Below, one piece after another: positions 13,021 through 24,642 of a DNA stretch of 64,000 nucleotides (position 1 is its first letter; each line of letters begins with the position of its first letter). Location of the stretch: assembly GCA_001179505.1 (NCBI GenBank), contig CDMY01000273.1, forward strand, positions 76,567 through 140,566, given 5' to 3'. Position numbers and translations under genes: made by a program. The notes under the pieces were generated by a model, which was given only the letters and a program-made list of their open reading frames with translations, ran no database searches and had not been told where the DNA came from. Origin of the DNA: Vitrella brassicaformis CCMP3155. Its lineage: Eukaryota; Protista; Chromerida.

Positions 13021-16000
13021 ATGTATCGCAAAGAGAGCTTTCGGGGCCTTCAGGGCCGGCTGCTCGCGTGCGGCATCAACTTTCTGCATCGGCACATCAA
13101 GGACGATGCCGATGTGCACGAGAAGATGGCAGGGAATGCCGTCTTTCGCCTATTCTGCGAGCGCTCCGTTGACATGACCCTGCACAGCAGCCCTGGAGGT
13201 GCGCACAGGCGCCTGGCCCACCATAAAGAGCTCCGGTGTATGTCATCATTTCTTTGCAGACACAGCTTCCTTCATCGTTGATATCGTGCACCGCGGGCTG
13301 TTTGGGGTACCAATCAAGTCATTTCTGTCCTTGATGCCATCTGCCGCGTGTGCCTCGTCTCGTCAATCAGGTGGCTCCGTTCATCATAAGCATCATCCTG
13401 CTCAGCCGCTTCAAGCAGAAGACGCACATCTCGCTGCACTGTGCGACGTGGCGGCCGCTGTTTCTCTCTTCGCTGCTCATCGCTGACAAGATGTGGGAGG
13501 ACAAGCCTGTCCGGAACTCGTCCATACCGATGCTCTTCCCGGCCCTCACCAACCAGGAGATTAATGCTCTCGAGAACACCATCCTGATGGAAATCGGGTG
13601 AGGGAGGTCTCCTGCAAGGGAGGAAGGCAGCTGAGACACCTCAGCACATTGCGTGGTTACTTGCAGCTTCAACTTGTTGATAACACCGACCCTCTTCAAC
13701 TCCTTCTGCGAGAAGCTGCTGTAAGCACGATGGATGACACACTGCCGCATACCTCCTGAGCATCGTGTGGGCTACCTATGTCGCGTGTCTCTGCAGGGCT
13801 GAAGCCATTCACCCCGAGATTGAGTTGGTACGGTCGCCACTTCTGAAGCAATGTCCCAGGGTGAGCATCCGCCCTTCTTGACGTTTTCCCTTCCATCAGG
13901 CCCTTCACCAGAGTCAGCTCATGGCTGACCTGACGTCGACCACGCAGTACACAGGTGCTCATCAAAAGGAGAGATACTCGATGCATAGCTTAGGCATCGG
14001 TCGTGTTGTACAACGCAGATTTGGCTCCATCGCAGCTGCTAACGATCCCTGCCCCTGATGCCCCGACGCCCTCCAAACAGCCCAACAACGCGAAGCAATC
14101 GCACACACCCAAACAGAAACAGGTTGGTTGCCAGGTAGTCACCGGCGTCAATCGTGTCTCATGTCTCTTGGTTGGCAGGCTCGAGCTCGGTCAGCTGATG
14201 GCAGGGCTTTGTCTGTTCCAAGGCGCACGGCGCCGCGTGTGCAGGCACACGGCGCGGGAAAGGGCCAGGTGGATGGGGTGCGGCGTTTTGATCCTGCCTC
14301 AGCAAAACAACTATGCAAGACAGCTCCGATGCATGCAGCAGGTCAGAATGGGATGCGATAGACCAGATCATTACGTTGGAGGTTGGACCTCGATGGCTCT
14401 TGTCTGTCTCCTTCTGCACAGGTGCTGCCTTTGCGGCTCCTTCACGCAAGACCGTGGGGGGCACTCAGCGGAGGACTGTGGCCAATGTTACACGGCCAGA
14501 CGGCCACACCAAGGTGAGTACATGAGCGGGTGGCGTCGGCCATGTAGGCAGGCATGATTCTATCTGCGGCCTGTGTGGCAGGGCGGCGCTCTGTTCGTGC
14601 CCAGCACCTCTATTCCTCATCTGCCTGTCGTCGTGGCGAGTGGTGGTCGACGACCACTTGCGCACGGCAAGGATCTGCCCAATGGTCCTCTCATCCAACA
14701 ACTGAAGAAAGGCGAGGAGGAGCGGGAAAAGAAGGCTTTGGTGCAGGACGGAGAGGCCAGTCCGAAGCACAACGGGGGAACTGGGGGAGATGGGGTCAAT
14801 GCCGTGTATCAGCAGGGAAATGTGGAGGAGGGCACCAAAGCAGACGGCATTGCAGGTCCAAGAAGAGAAAGAGGAGAAGACACAACACACATACACCTAT
14901 TTGCACCAGCTCTGCTTTGCCCATTGCTGCTGCAGTGTCTGGCCCAGCTGTCGGCGCCGGCGATCGCCACTCGCGTGATCCTTCGCGAGTTCCCTCCGCC
15001 GCTCGCGCTTCCAAGCTCAAACGTGACGCAAGCAATCCGTCTCGTCCACGGCACAAGTATTCCACCCCGTTCCCCAACCAGACGAAGAGGGCTCCCCGGG
15101 GCACCGCAACGAGCCCAGGTTCGAATGCGATGATACAGCCCAAACAGCCCAAAGCCAAGGCAAAGCAGGCCAAGGCAAAGCAGCCTACCACTCGAGTGGA
15201 ACCCAAGTAAGCACAGATAAGAGGCAGATAAGAGGGGAGGGGAAACGTCGTATTGCCGCTCAATGAACAGGGTGAAGAGGGTGCCGAGGGCGGAAACTCA
15301 AAGATTCGCACCAGCTGTTGGTAACCATAATCATCAGGCATTCCATTCCGCCACACCAAGACACACCAAGATACCCACGTATCTGTACTTGTCGCGAGTC
15401 AGGCAACCCTAAGGTCGTGTCACATGGTCGGCTCCACGTCCAGCATCCTCGCGACGAGTGCGTGTCAGATGGGCCCACAACAGAGCGGCCGGGGGTCAGT
15501 GATGCGGCCGGAGCGGTCCAAGCCGATCAGAGCCAGGTCCTTAGATAATGAACAGACACCCAGACATACCTAGCATCCCTTATGGTTTGTGCCACAGAAG
15601 CCCGTTTTTGAGAGCCACCCGATTGATGGTCGCTCACCGTCTGCCCCACCCCATCCATCGGCCCCCCGCATGCCCGCGTTCTCATCTGGCTTGCATTTCG
15701 CCGTCCCGCCGCCCTCCCGCGGCACTGTGGCCGTGCCATACCCGGGGGTCGTCGGCGGCTGTCATCCGGTACCCCAAATGAGCAGGTCAGCCGGGAAAGG
15801 GACATAGGACATCTGTTTTATATCACATTATTCTCCGTTTCCGTCGTTTACAGGTTGGTGTATCCCCCTGCAGTCGATCGCCGGACCCTGCACCCAATCC
15901 CACGCCACACACTTGGTGCAAAGGTAAGTTTCTGATGCGCTGACAGACAATCGCCTTCCCTCTCTTGTGTCTTCCTCTTTTCACAGCTGCTGCCCAGCCA

Positions 16001-17000
16001 GACCAACCAGTTCCATGTCGTCCGACCTCCTCTCGTGCCCTTGGGTCCGCTGCATCCACCTCACCCCCTTCTTGTCGCGAAGGCACCTCCCCCTCCACCG
16101 GTCTACTACCCCGCGCCGCCGCCGCCGCCGCACTCACGATCCCATCACTCCCTCCTCGGTCAACCCCAGCGGCCTCCCATAGCAAGCAATGTGGCGTACC
16201 TGAGGCCCTCTCAGAATGTTCGGGGAGAGCATGCAGCGGTGAAGACACAGCTGGCGACGCATGTGAGGTCGGGACCATCCTTTGGCTCGGCGATTGGCCT
16301 TCCCCTGCCACACGGCGTCCCTGCTCCTGCTCCTGCTGCTGCTGCTGCTCTTGGTACACAAATAAATAATCACGAGACCTTGGTCGGCATGGTTGCATGT
16401 TTGTGTCAGGTCGGTCGATTTCTCCTCCCCACCACATGTGGGGGGGTCCTCGGACTGTCACCCCGCAGCAGGAGGCGTACATGGCAGCGGAGGCGCGTCG
16501 TTTGGCAGCGATAGAGGAGGAGAGGCAGCGGACGGAGAAGCAGCTGAGAGACAGACACGCCGAAGAGCTCTTCAGACAAATGGTCAGCGCAGGCACTCAC
16601 ACACATCCCTTGACCACTCCTTTTCTGCGCCTGTCTGTGTGTCTGCCTGTCTCTCTCTGTGTGTGTAGGATTTCCACCAGGTGCAGCGTGCCCGCGACAT
16701 GCAGATGAGAGGGCTCGAGAAGAGACAGGTCGGTGGGGCCAACCACACATAGAGAGGGAGGGAGGTGGTCGCATTGCTGTGTGCTGTGGTCATGGTTGTG
16801 TCTTTATCATCAGAGTGAGTTGGCCGAGCGAGAGTTGTCTCGGGCGCTGCAGACGGAGCGCATCAAGCAGGAGGAAATCAAACGAGTCCTCAAGGTGCGT
16901 ATGTGTATGTGTGTGTCTGTCGAGTAGGGCAATGGATAGAGCTGCCATTGGTGTGGTGTGGGTGCAGGCCAACAGGGAGCAGCGACAGGCCGACCAGTGA
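13021..17000 (+). CDS. Cyclin-Y/PHO80-like cyclin with a long low-complexity extension ending in a CFAP53-derived tail (chimeric model)
   Basis: Cyclin box WRPLFLSSLLIADKMWEDKPVRN...EINALENTILMEIG-FNL at 13370-13680 is well supported. In-frame GT-AG exons can be threaded through 14040-16382 (Pro-rich) into QEAYMAAEARRLAAIEEERQ... with stop at 16998-17000. The path through 14270-14600 is ambiguous. Confidence 0.7.
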
Positions 17001-17104
17001 GGGAGCGACTGGATGAGGGCTGCGGGGGTGGCTCTTAGTCGGTCTGTCGTGGCTGTCGTGTGGCAAGGCACACATGAGAGAGATTGGACCTCACTTGCTG
17101 CATG
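16481..17104 (+). repeat. Inverted duplicate of 22116-22751 (last CFAP53 exons, introns and 3' UTR)
   Basis: Reverse complement matches almost base for base (gaggcgcgtcgtttggcagcgatagaggagg ... gagagagattggacctcacttgc) with scattered substitutions. Confidence 0.95.
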
Positions 17105-17728
17105 ATTCATCCATGAGCATTCCTTCATTCATTCATGAGTCGACAATTATGTTTGTACGCACAAGGGCGGCCGATCGGTATACACACGGATGCAACACAA
17201 CGCACCCACATGCACGCATAGCCCCCCCGCCCCGCCGCACCACACAACATCCTCAATCAGAACAAGGCCGCCAATCAACACACAAAAGACCCATGCCGCC
17301 ACGTGCAGTGAGTTAAGACGACTGAAGATGTAGTGTGGCTGTGCTGTGCTGTGCTGTGTGTTGTCTGTCTGTCAGCGAGCATGTGTCTCATCCGTCCATT
17401 TGTTAGACAGACCTGCTGTCGGTAGTAGAGGTTTCGGGTGTGATGTGCGCGCACGTCGATCGAGGCCACATATGTATCCACCCAATGGCATGCAGACAGC
17501 AGGGTGGTACTTTCGGACCTATACAGTGGCACTGAGGGAGGAGGCAGGAAGCAGGCAGAAAGCAACGAAACAACAGTGCACGCTGCCGCCCGAGAAAGGA
17601 GCGAGACATAAGCAGAACTGCCCGAGCGGTTTGCTTAGACGAGGCCTTCTTGCCACTAGCGCCCAGCCTACCCACTACGGTGGCAGAACAGCTGTGTGCT
17701 GTCCTTGGGCTGCTCTCTGTGTAGTCGA

Positions 17729-19692
17729 TCAACCTACATACATCACATCCATGACGCACACAATGAGTGCGTGTATGTCACGCTGATCTAGCTCCTCCCC
17801 TGCCCCCATCTCACCCTCTTCATCAGGCTGATGCTGATGCTGCTGCTGGCCATCGCCCTCGCCCTCGCCATTGCCGTCGATGTCGCCATCCACATCTGTA
17901 CACTCAAGACACGCAAACATACAAGTGGGCCCAACCACACACACACATGTATTCCACTCACCCTCATCGCTGTCGCCGTCATCCGCACTATCGTCATTAT
18001 CCTCTGCACACACACACACACATACATATGAGCAAGACACCTAGCCAGGCGGGCTGGGCACTACACAGACCACTTACCCTCACGACCATCGCCATCGCCG
18101 TCATCCGCACCCTCCTCTGCACACCACCACACACACACCGATTCATCCGACCGACAGACCGAGGTGGAGGCGGCCGGCTGCACACTCACACACTCACCTT
18201 CAATGACTTCCTCCTGCGGGTTGACCATCATGTCTGCGTAGGTGCTGCCCAGCGCGCCGCCCACCAGAGGGGCGGTGGTGGGCCGGCGGTCCTTGAAGGC
18301 AGCCGATGCACCACCCACTGGCGGCTCGTTGGTGAGGGCACGAACGCACACTGCATTCAGCGAACAGCACACGTCAAAGGACGGCTCCATCACTAGAGGA
18401 TCTCTGACCCCTTTCTTACCCATGGTCAGGCCGGCCCAGATGATAAGGGCGATCGATGCGACGAATGGGCCGTCGAACGGCGTCAGCAGCAGCTGCCGAA
18501 TATCTATAGGGGGATGGCTACTGTCCATCCTGCTCGCCACGACGGCGGTGCATCCGTTAGGGGGCTGGTGGGGCGAGTGGTTGAGGAAGCCGTCCAGCAC
18601 ACCGCCGTGAGCATGCCTGAACAGACCAGCACATAACAGAGGGAAGAGGCCATGATGGATGGATCGATGTGTGTCTGCCTGAGTGTCGTGTTTCCTGCGT
18701 ACCGGTCCACGTAAACCCATGGAGTGGCGCCCCAATTCGCCAGTGGAGGGGCCATGATGACCCTCATGATGGTCCTCATGACGAAGGCCGACGCCGAGGC
18801 ATCAGTGTTATCCTCACCACCACTTGCCGTCCAGCCGCCCCCGTGCCAGCGGATTCGGGATCTGACGGGCGGGTTGTCGTTGATGGTGTGTGGGTGGTAT
18901 GGGTGGGCGGGGGGAAGGGGCGGATTGATGTCCAGCTCGAAGCCCGGCGCGTCGCGGAGGGCACGCACACCGCCGCCCGGCTGGTCGAACAGCTCAAAAC
19001 GGCCGTAGTTGCCACCGAAGTCGATGTGTCGGCCGACTATCTTCCACAACGCAATCACGCGCACATCCGCCAAATAAGCCTACACAGACACCACACAGAC
19101 AGACAGACAGACAGACACAGACAGACACACACATACAGACAGACCGATGAGTGCCAGCCACCCCACGCCACGCTCATCTGCCCACCTGTTTGCTATCGTG
19201 ACGCTGCATGTCGGCCACAGCGAGTGTGATCGGCAGCTGACAGTAGCCCCGCTGCGCCGCCAACTTCAGCGCATTGGCCACCTCAGTCCACTGCTGCGTG
19301 TCCACCAGCCAGATGGCCTTCAGCAGCAGAGGGCGGTCCAGCTGAGCGTCGAATGCGATGATGGTCTGCAGCCCCCGGGCCACCAGGCAGCGATTGAGTC
19401 GGTTGCTCAGGACGGCGGCCGAGAAGTCGACTTCATAGAGGAAATGGGCCGTGACTCTGAGGCTGCCGACCTCCGACCGGCTGCACACATACACAGATGG
19501 CACATCACACCCACCCACACACACACGCACACACACACGCCTGTCAACTGCCGCTCCACCTCCCTCATTGATTGAATTTCGGGTGTGGTTTGCATACGTG
19601 TGGAGGGCATCTCTGTCGTCTTTGTGGAGGAATTCCAGTGTGTGGTCGTCGATAACGGCACCATGGCGGTCCGCAGTGTGGTTGTTGCCCAT
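17729..19692 (-). CDS. Hypothetical protein, probable lineage-expanded family, with an acidic low-complexity C-terminus
   Basis: Consecutive spliceable ORFs MGNNHTADRHG..., LWKIVGRHIDFGG..FELDINPPLPPAHPYHPH..DNPPVRSRI, then short D/G/E-rich exons; family membership is from recollection only and the 3' end is approximate. Confidence 0.55.
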
Positions 19693-19739
19693 CTCGCCCT
19701 CTACGCTCCTGCCGGACGGATCAGCTTCACACTCATGCC

Positions 19740-21838
19740 AATGATGCTATGGATGAAATCGATGGTTTCCATTGTCGAACACTGCAGGAGGTCAGGATTC
19801 AGGCTGCCGACTGCGCACTAGTGGGCGTGGCGAGGGCGGTGGTATGGTAAAACACATTTCGTTCGGTCTCAGGGTTGGGGTGTGGGGTTCGAAACCCTGC
19901 AGAGATCTTGGAGGAGAACTTTGTTTATGTACGCTCGTTCGTCAAAGGCGCTGTCGAAGGGTCGTGCGGCTCAAACGTCACCATTCGCACAGCAGGTGAT
20001 GAGTCAGAGACCAGATCTTCCGCGCAACGAGCGCCGATTGTTGTATGTGCTGTGGTGTGCTGTGGTGTGTTGTGTTGTGTTGTGTTGTGTTGTGTCGTGC
20101 GGTTGCAGGTGAGGACGGCCAAGCTGCTGCGATGGGACAGCGACACACGGATGTCCCGCCAGATGGAGGACCTCATCGAGGCCCGAGACTTCCTCGCCTT
20201 CTGCCTCGAAAACCAGGGTAGATCAGTCGACAGATGCATGGATCCATCCCACCCACCCACTACTCATCAGATGCACTGACCTATCTTCTCTTCTCTCGCT
20301 GACTGACCCAGACTCATTCACAAGGCGTGACTGGCTGGCTTCCTTGACGCTGCTCACCACCAGACGGCATCTCGACATCGGCCCACACCTGCGCAGCCCT
20401 CCAACAGCAGCGAGTGGGGGCAGTGCGGGTGGGATTGACAGGCTGCCCCCTCAGTCGACGTGTGCCGCCAGCTTCGCCGCTTACAATGAGGCCGTGCTCA
20501 AGAGGGTGTCGCTGTTCGAGGACTCACTGCACCTACTCATACACAGGTGAATGGGCAGCAGCAGACACTGACAGAGGATGGACACACACACTCGAGATGT
20601 GTGTGTGTGTGTGTGTGTTGGCTGTGTAGGTATGGTGTGTTGTCGTATTCGCCAGCTTTGTGGCGATTGAGCGGTTATGTGGAGTCTCGCGTGGCGGGCA
20701 TGGCCATGGCCAAGGTGGCCCTCACAGCCTGGGGCCTCGCAAAGGCGCTCGTCAGCCACGAAGATGTGTGGCGACAGATCGGCCGGCAGGTGACGGTGCG
20801 GACGGATGAGCTGGGCGGCATCGATGCTGCCATGCTGGCCTGGAGCTTCGCACGGATTGAAGTGAGTCAGATGTCCGCCACAGAGCACACCAACCAACCA
20901 AACGTGCTTCCATGTTTCCGTTGAGCAGCGCCGGAAGCCCGCCGAGATCCTTGCTCTCAAGACGCGAATCACGGCGCTGCTCAACAACGGTTCGGCTGAG
21001 TCATCATCGCAGCTGACAGCTCAGGATCTGTGCATGGCGTTCCGTGCCTTCGCATCACTGACCCCCCGCGACACGGCCTTTCTGTCGGCCCTCCTGGCGG
21101 CCACACGACGGCTGGCGGACGAAGAGCGAGTGGCACTGCCCTCACAAGTGAGAGAGTGATGGGTAGAGGGGCCTTCGTGTGTGCGGCAGATAGGGATGAT
21201 TCGTGTGTTGTGCAGGGTTTGACGAGCCTGTGGAGTGCGCTGGCTGACTTGGGTCAGGCGGGGTGGCGCGACGATAACGCCATCGAGTGGCTGTGTGAGG
21301 AGTCCCGGAGGCTCAGGTGACCGAACAACCAGCACACTCGGCCTTCCACACATGTGCTGTTTCGTTGTGTGTGCGTTGCGTTGTGTCGTGTGTCAGGTTG
21401 GATCACACGTTCAACCAGAACATGGTCGCAGAGATCGCTTTGGCCGTCCGGCAGCTGCAGGTCCGCGACCCGCGCATCGTCTACCAGCTCGTGCACTGGG
21501 TCGACAAGAAGGGCGAGTGTCTGCGAGCGGAGCAGCTGCTGACGGTGGTGGATGTCTTCTCGAGCATGGACATCAACCACGAGGGCGCGTGGAAGCGGCT
21601 GGGCACTCGTGTGCAGAGGGCGGCCATCGAGCTGGACATGGCCGATATACAACGGATCCTCCAGGCATTCGAACACGTTGGTAAGAAAGCCCGTGGGAGG
21701 ATATTGTACAGACGCGCCTCACCATCTGTGTGTGTGTGTGTGTGTGTGATATTAGGTCAGCTGAACGATCGCGTGAGGGGCGTGTTGTCGCTGTTCATCA
21801 GCACCAAGGGCGACGAGATGGCCTATGGCACCACATGA
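19740..21838 (+). CDS. Helical-repeat (HPR/OPR/FASTK-like) putative organellar RNA-binding protein (start approximate)
   Basis: Spliced exons with repeated ~37-40 aa helical units: VALTAWGLAKA, AAMLAWSFARI, LCMAFRAFASL, LTSLWSALADL, VAEIALAVRQL, LLTVVDVFSSM; stop at 21836-21838. Confidence 0.5.
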
Positions 21839-22228
21839 CGCGACGTGACGTGACGTCACGCGACGGACCGATCAGATGACCGACGGCCGGCCTGGCTGCG
21901 TGGAGTACTTGATGGATGGATGGATGTGCATATTACGTCAGTCAATGGAGAGATGGATACTATCGGCGGGCGGAGACCTTTGTGTGTACAGACAGGGTAG
22001 ATCGAGGTGACAGGCAGACAGACAGACAGACCAACACACTTGGCCTACAGCTGCATGTCTCATCGAGTGAGGGAGCAAACCATTGTGTTGATCTGATCCA
22101 GGGCATACATACACCATGCAAGCAAGTGAGGTCCAATCTCTCTCATGTGCGCCATGCCACACGACAGCCACACAACAGGCCGGCCGACTAGGAGCCAGCC
22201 ACGCAGCCCCGATCATCCAGTCGCTCCC

Positions 22229-24498
22229 TCACTGGTCGGCCTGTCGCTGCTCCCTGTTGGCCTGCACCCACACACCACACCAATGGCAGCTCTATCAATT
22301 GCCCTCCTCAACACACACACATGCATACCCCCCGCACCTTGAGGACTCGTTTGATTTCCTCCTGCTTGATGCGCTCCGTCTGCAGCGCCCGAGACAACTC
22401 TCGCTCGGCCAACTCACTCTGATGATAAACGCAGAACCATGACCACAGCACACAGCAATGCGACCACCTCCCTCCCTCTCTATGTGTGGTTGGCCCCACC
22501 GACCTGTCTCTTCTCGAGCCCTCTCATCTGCATGTCGCGGGCACGCTGCACCTGGTGGAAATCCTACACACACAGAGAGAGACAGGCAGACACACAGACA
22601 GGCGCAGAAAAGGAGTGGTCAAGGGATGCGTGTGAGTGCCTGCGCTGACCATTTGTCTGAAGAGCTCTTCGGCGTGTCTGTCTCTCAGCTGCTTCTCCGT
22701 CCGCTGCCTCTCCTCCTCTATCGCTGCCAAACGACGCGCCTCAGCCTCCATGAAACCGCGCTCTACGTGTACGAAAAAGAGTATGTTTACACGAGCTCGT
22801 GGGCCCCATGGTTGGTCGTAGATACCATTGTGAATGTCTTGTTTGATTTGGTCTCTAGCGGCGGTCTTGTCGCAGACCTGCTGTGCGCGCCCCTCGAAGA
22901 CCTGCCGCAGCAGCTCGTTGCGCCGGGCCTTGTCGAGGTCCCACTGCTGCTGACGCTTCTCCCACTGGATAGATACATCATGAGATAAACGCACACACAG
23001 GGGACATAGAGCGATGTGTGTGATGAAGGGGCATGTTTCTTATGTGTGTAGGTAGGTACCTGTCTTTCCGATTCTTCCTCCTGCATACGGATGAGCACCT
23101 CCTCGCTCTCGGCTTTCTGGCCACATACATTCACCACCCACAGGCGGCAGATAGATCAGAGAGCTGGAATGCTGTGTGACGCTCAGCCCACCCTCTGCAT
23201 GTCTTCGACGAGCGCTCTCCTGAACTCATCGTTTTGCTGCTGTCTCAGCCGCCTCTCCTCCTTCTCACGATCAGCCATCTCACGCTCCTTCGCTAAGGCC
23301 AGCTCCAAATACTCCCTGAGACACAGACAGACACAACAGCAGGGCAGAGGAACATCCCTTCTGTGTGTCCTTGGTTGTGTCAGGTTATCTTGTGGCGGTT
23401 ACTTACTTGTCTAGTCGTCTCTCCTCGGCGTCCCTCCTCTGTGCATTGCCCTGCTGCTGCAGGATGAACTCGTCGAGCTCCTTCCTCTTTTGGAAGTTGC
23501 GCTTGGCCTCCTCGACCACCCGGCGCTCGGCCTCCTCCTTCTCCTGCACCAACTGCTCCTTGAGCCTCCTGCCCTCCTCCTGCTGCTCCTTTGCCGCATC
23601 CTGCTTGCGGAGCTCGGTGAGCTGCAGCTGCTGGCTCAGCACTGCCTTGGTCTCCTCGTTGCGCTTCACCGTCTCCTGGAAGTCGCGGTCCTCTCTGTCC
23701 ACCTTCTTGTGGTACTCCTGCTGCCTGTTGGGTGGTCGCATCACAGAAAGGACGGGTACAATTGAAATGCGACAAGAGAGGGAAAGAGAGAAACAACATG
23801 TCTGTACCAGAGCGCGTCATAGACTTTGTCGTCCTCCTTCTCCTTGAGTCTCGCCCGGTTCTTGTGATTGATCTGCTCGTCCCTCGTGGCCAGCACGTTG
23901 AGCTCGAACAGCTTGCTGTCCTCGGTGCGGAGCTCGTCCTGCGCCTCGCGGAACTGCTGGTACAGCTTGGCGTTGACGATGCCCTGACGCTCCTGCTCGC
24001 GCTTGGCCTTCAAGGCCAGGGCACGATTGGCCATCGCCTGGCGACGCTGATCGGGCGTCTCCTCGCGATTGCGTAACTCGGCCTCATACGCCAAACGCTC
24101 TGATTCCTGTAGTGCAACAGACAGGGGTGGGGAATGGGGTACTAAGGGGTGAAGGGTTATTTACCAGCAGGTTGATGAGCCTTTGTTGTCGGTCAACGAG
24201 GTTTTGTCTGTGTGTGGCCTGCTTGGCTTTGCTGAGTGACTCTATGCGCTTGGTTGCGATGACCCCGTCGCTCTTCTGCTCCCACTCGGCCTTCTGCTGG
24301 GCCGTGTTGAGCGAATGCACATCCTTGCACAGAGAGAGATGCCGGTCCTCCTGCTGCCTGCATGGCATGGCAATACATGTGGGTCAAATGCGTTATAATA
24401 GAGAAAGGTGAGCCAGTGTATGGGGCCTCTCTTTATGATCGTTTCTCGTACCTTCTTCTCGAGATGAGGTAGTCGCTGCGACACTTGGCTGTGAGCAT
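22229..24498 (-). CDS. CFAP53: Cilia- and flagella-associated protein 53-like (trichoplein/TPH coiled coil)
   Basis: Spliced MLTAKCRSDYLISRRRQQED..KAEWEQKSD, EETPDQRRQAMANRALALKAKREQERQ..KLYQQFREAQDELR, then long E/Q/R/K coiled coil; ends ANREQRQADQ*. Confidence 0.8.
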
Positions 24499-24642
24499 GA
24501 CTTACGCTTGCAACAAACCAGCGATTTGAGCCACCTTGCAATGTACTACGTGGCGTGTAGTGTCGAAAAACGGAACGAACCGAGGACGATCCTCGAGTGG
24601 CGAGCTTAAAGGCCCCCAACAAACTCATTGCTGACTTGTGTC

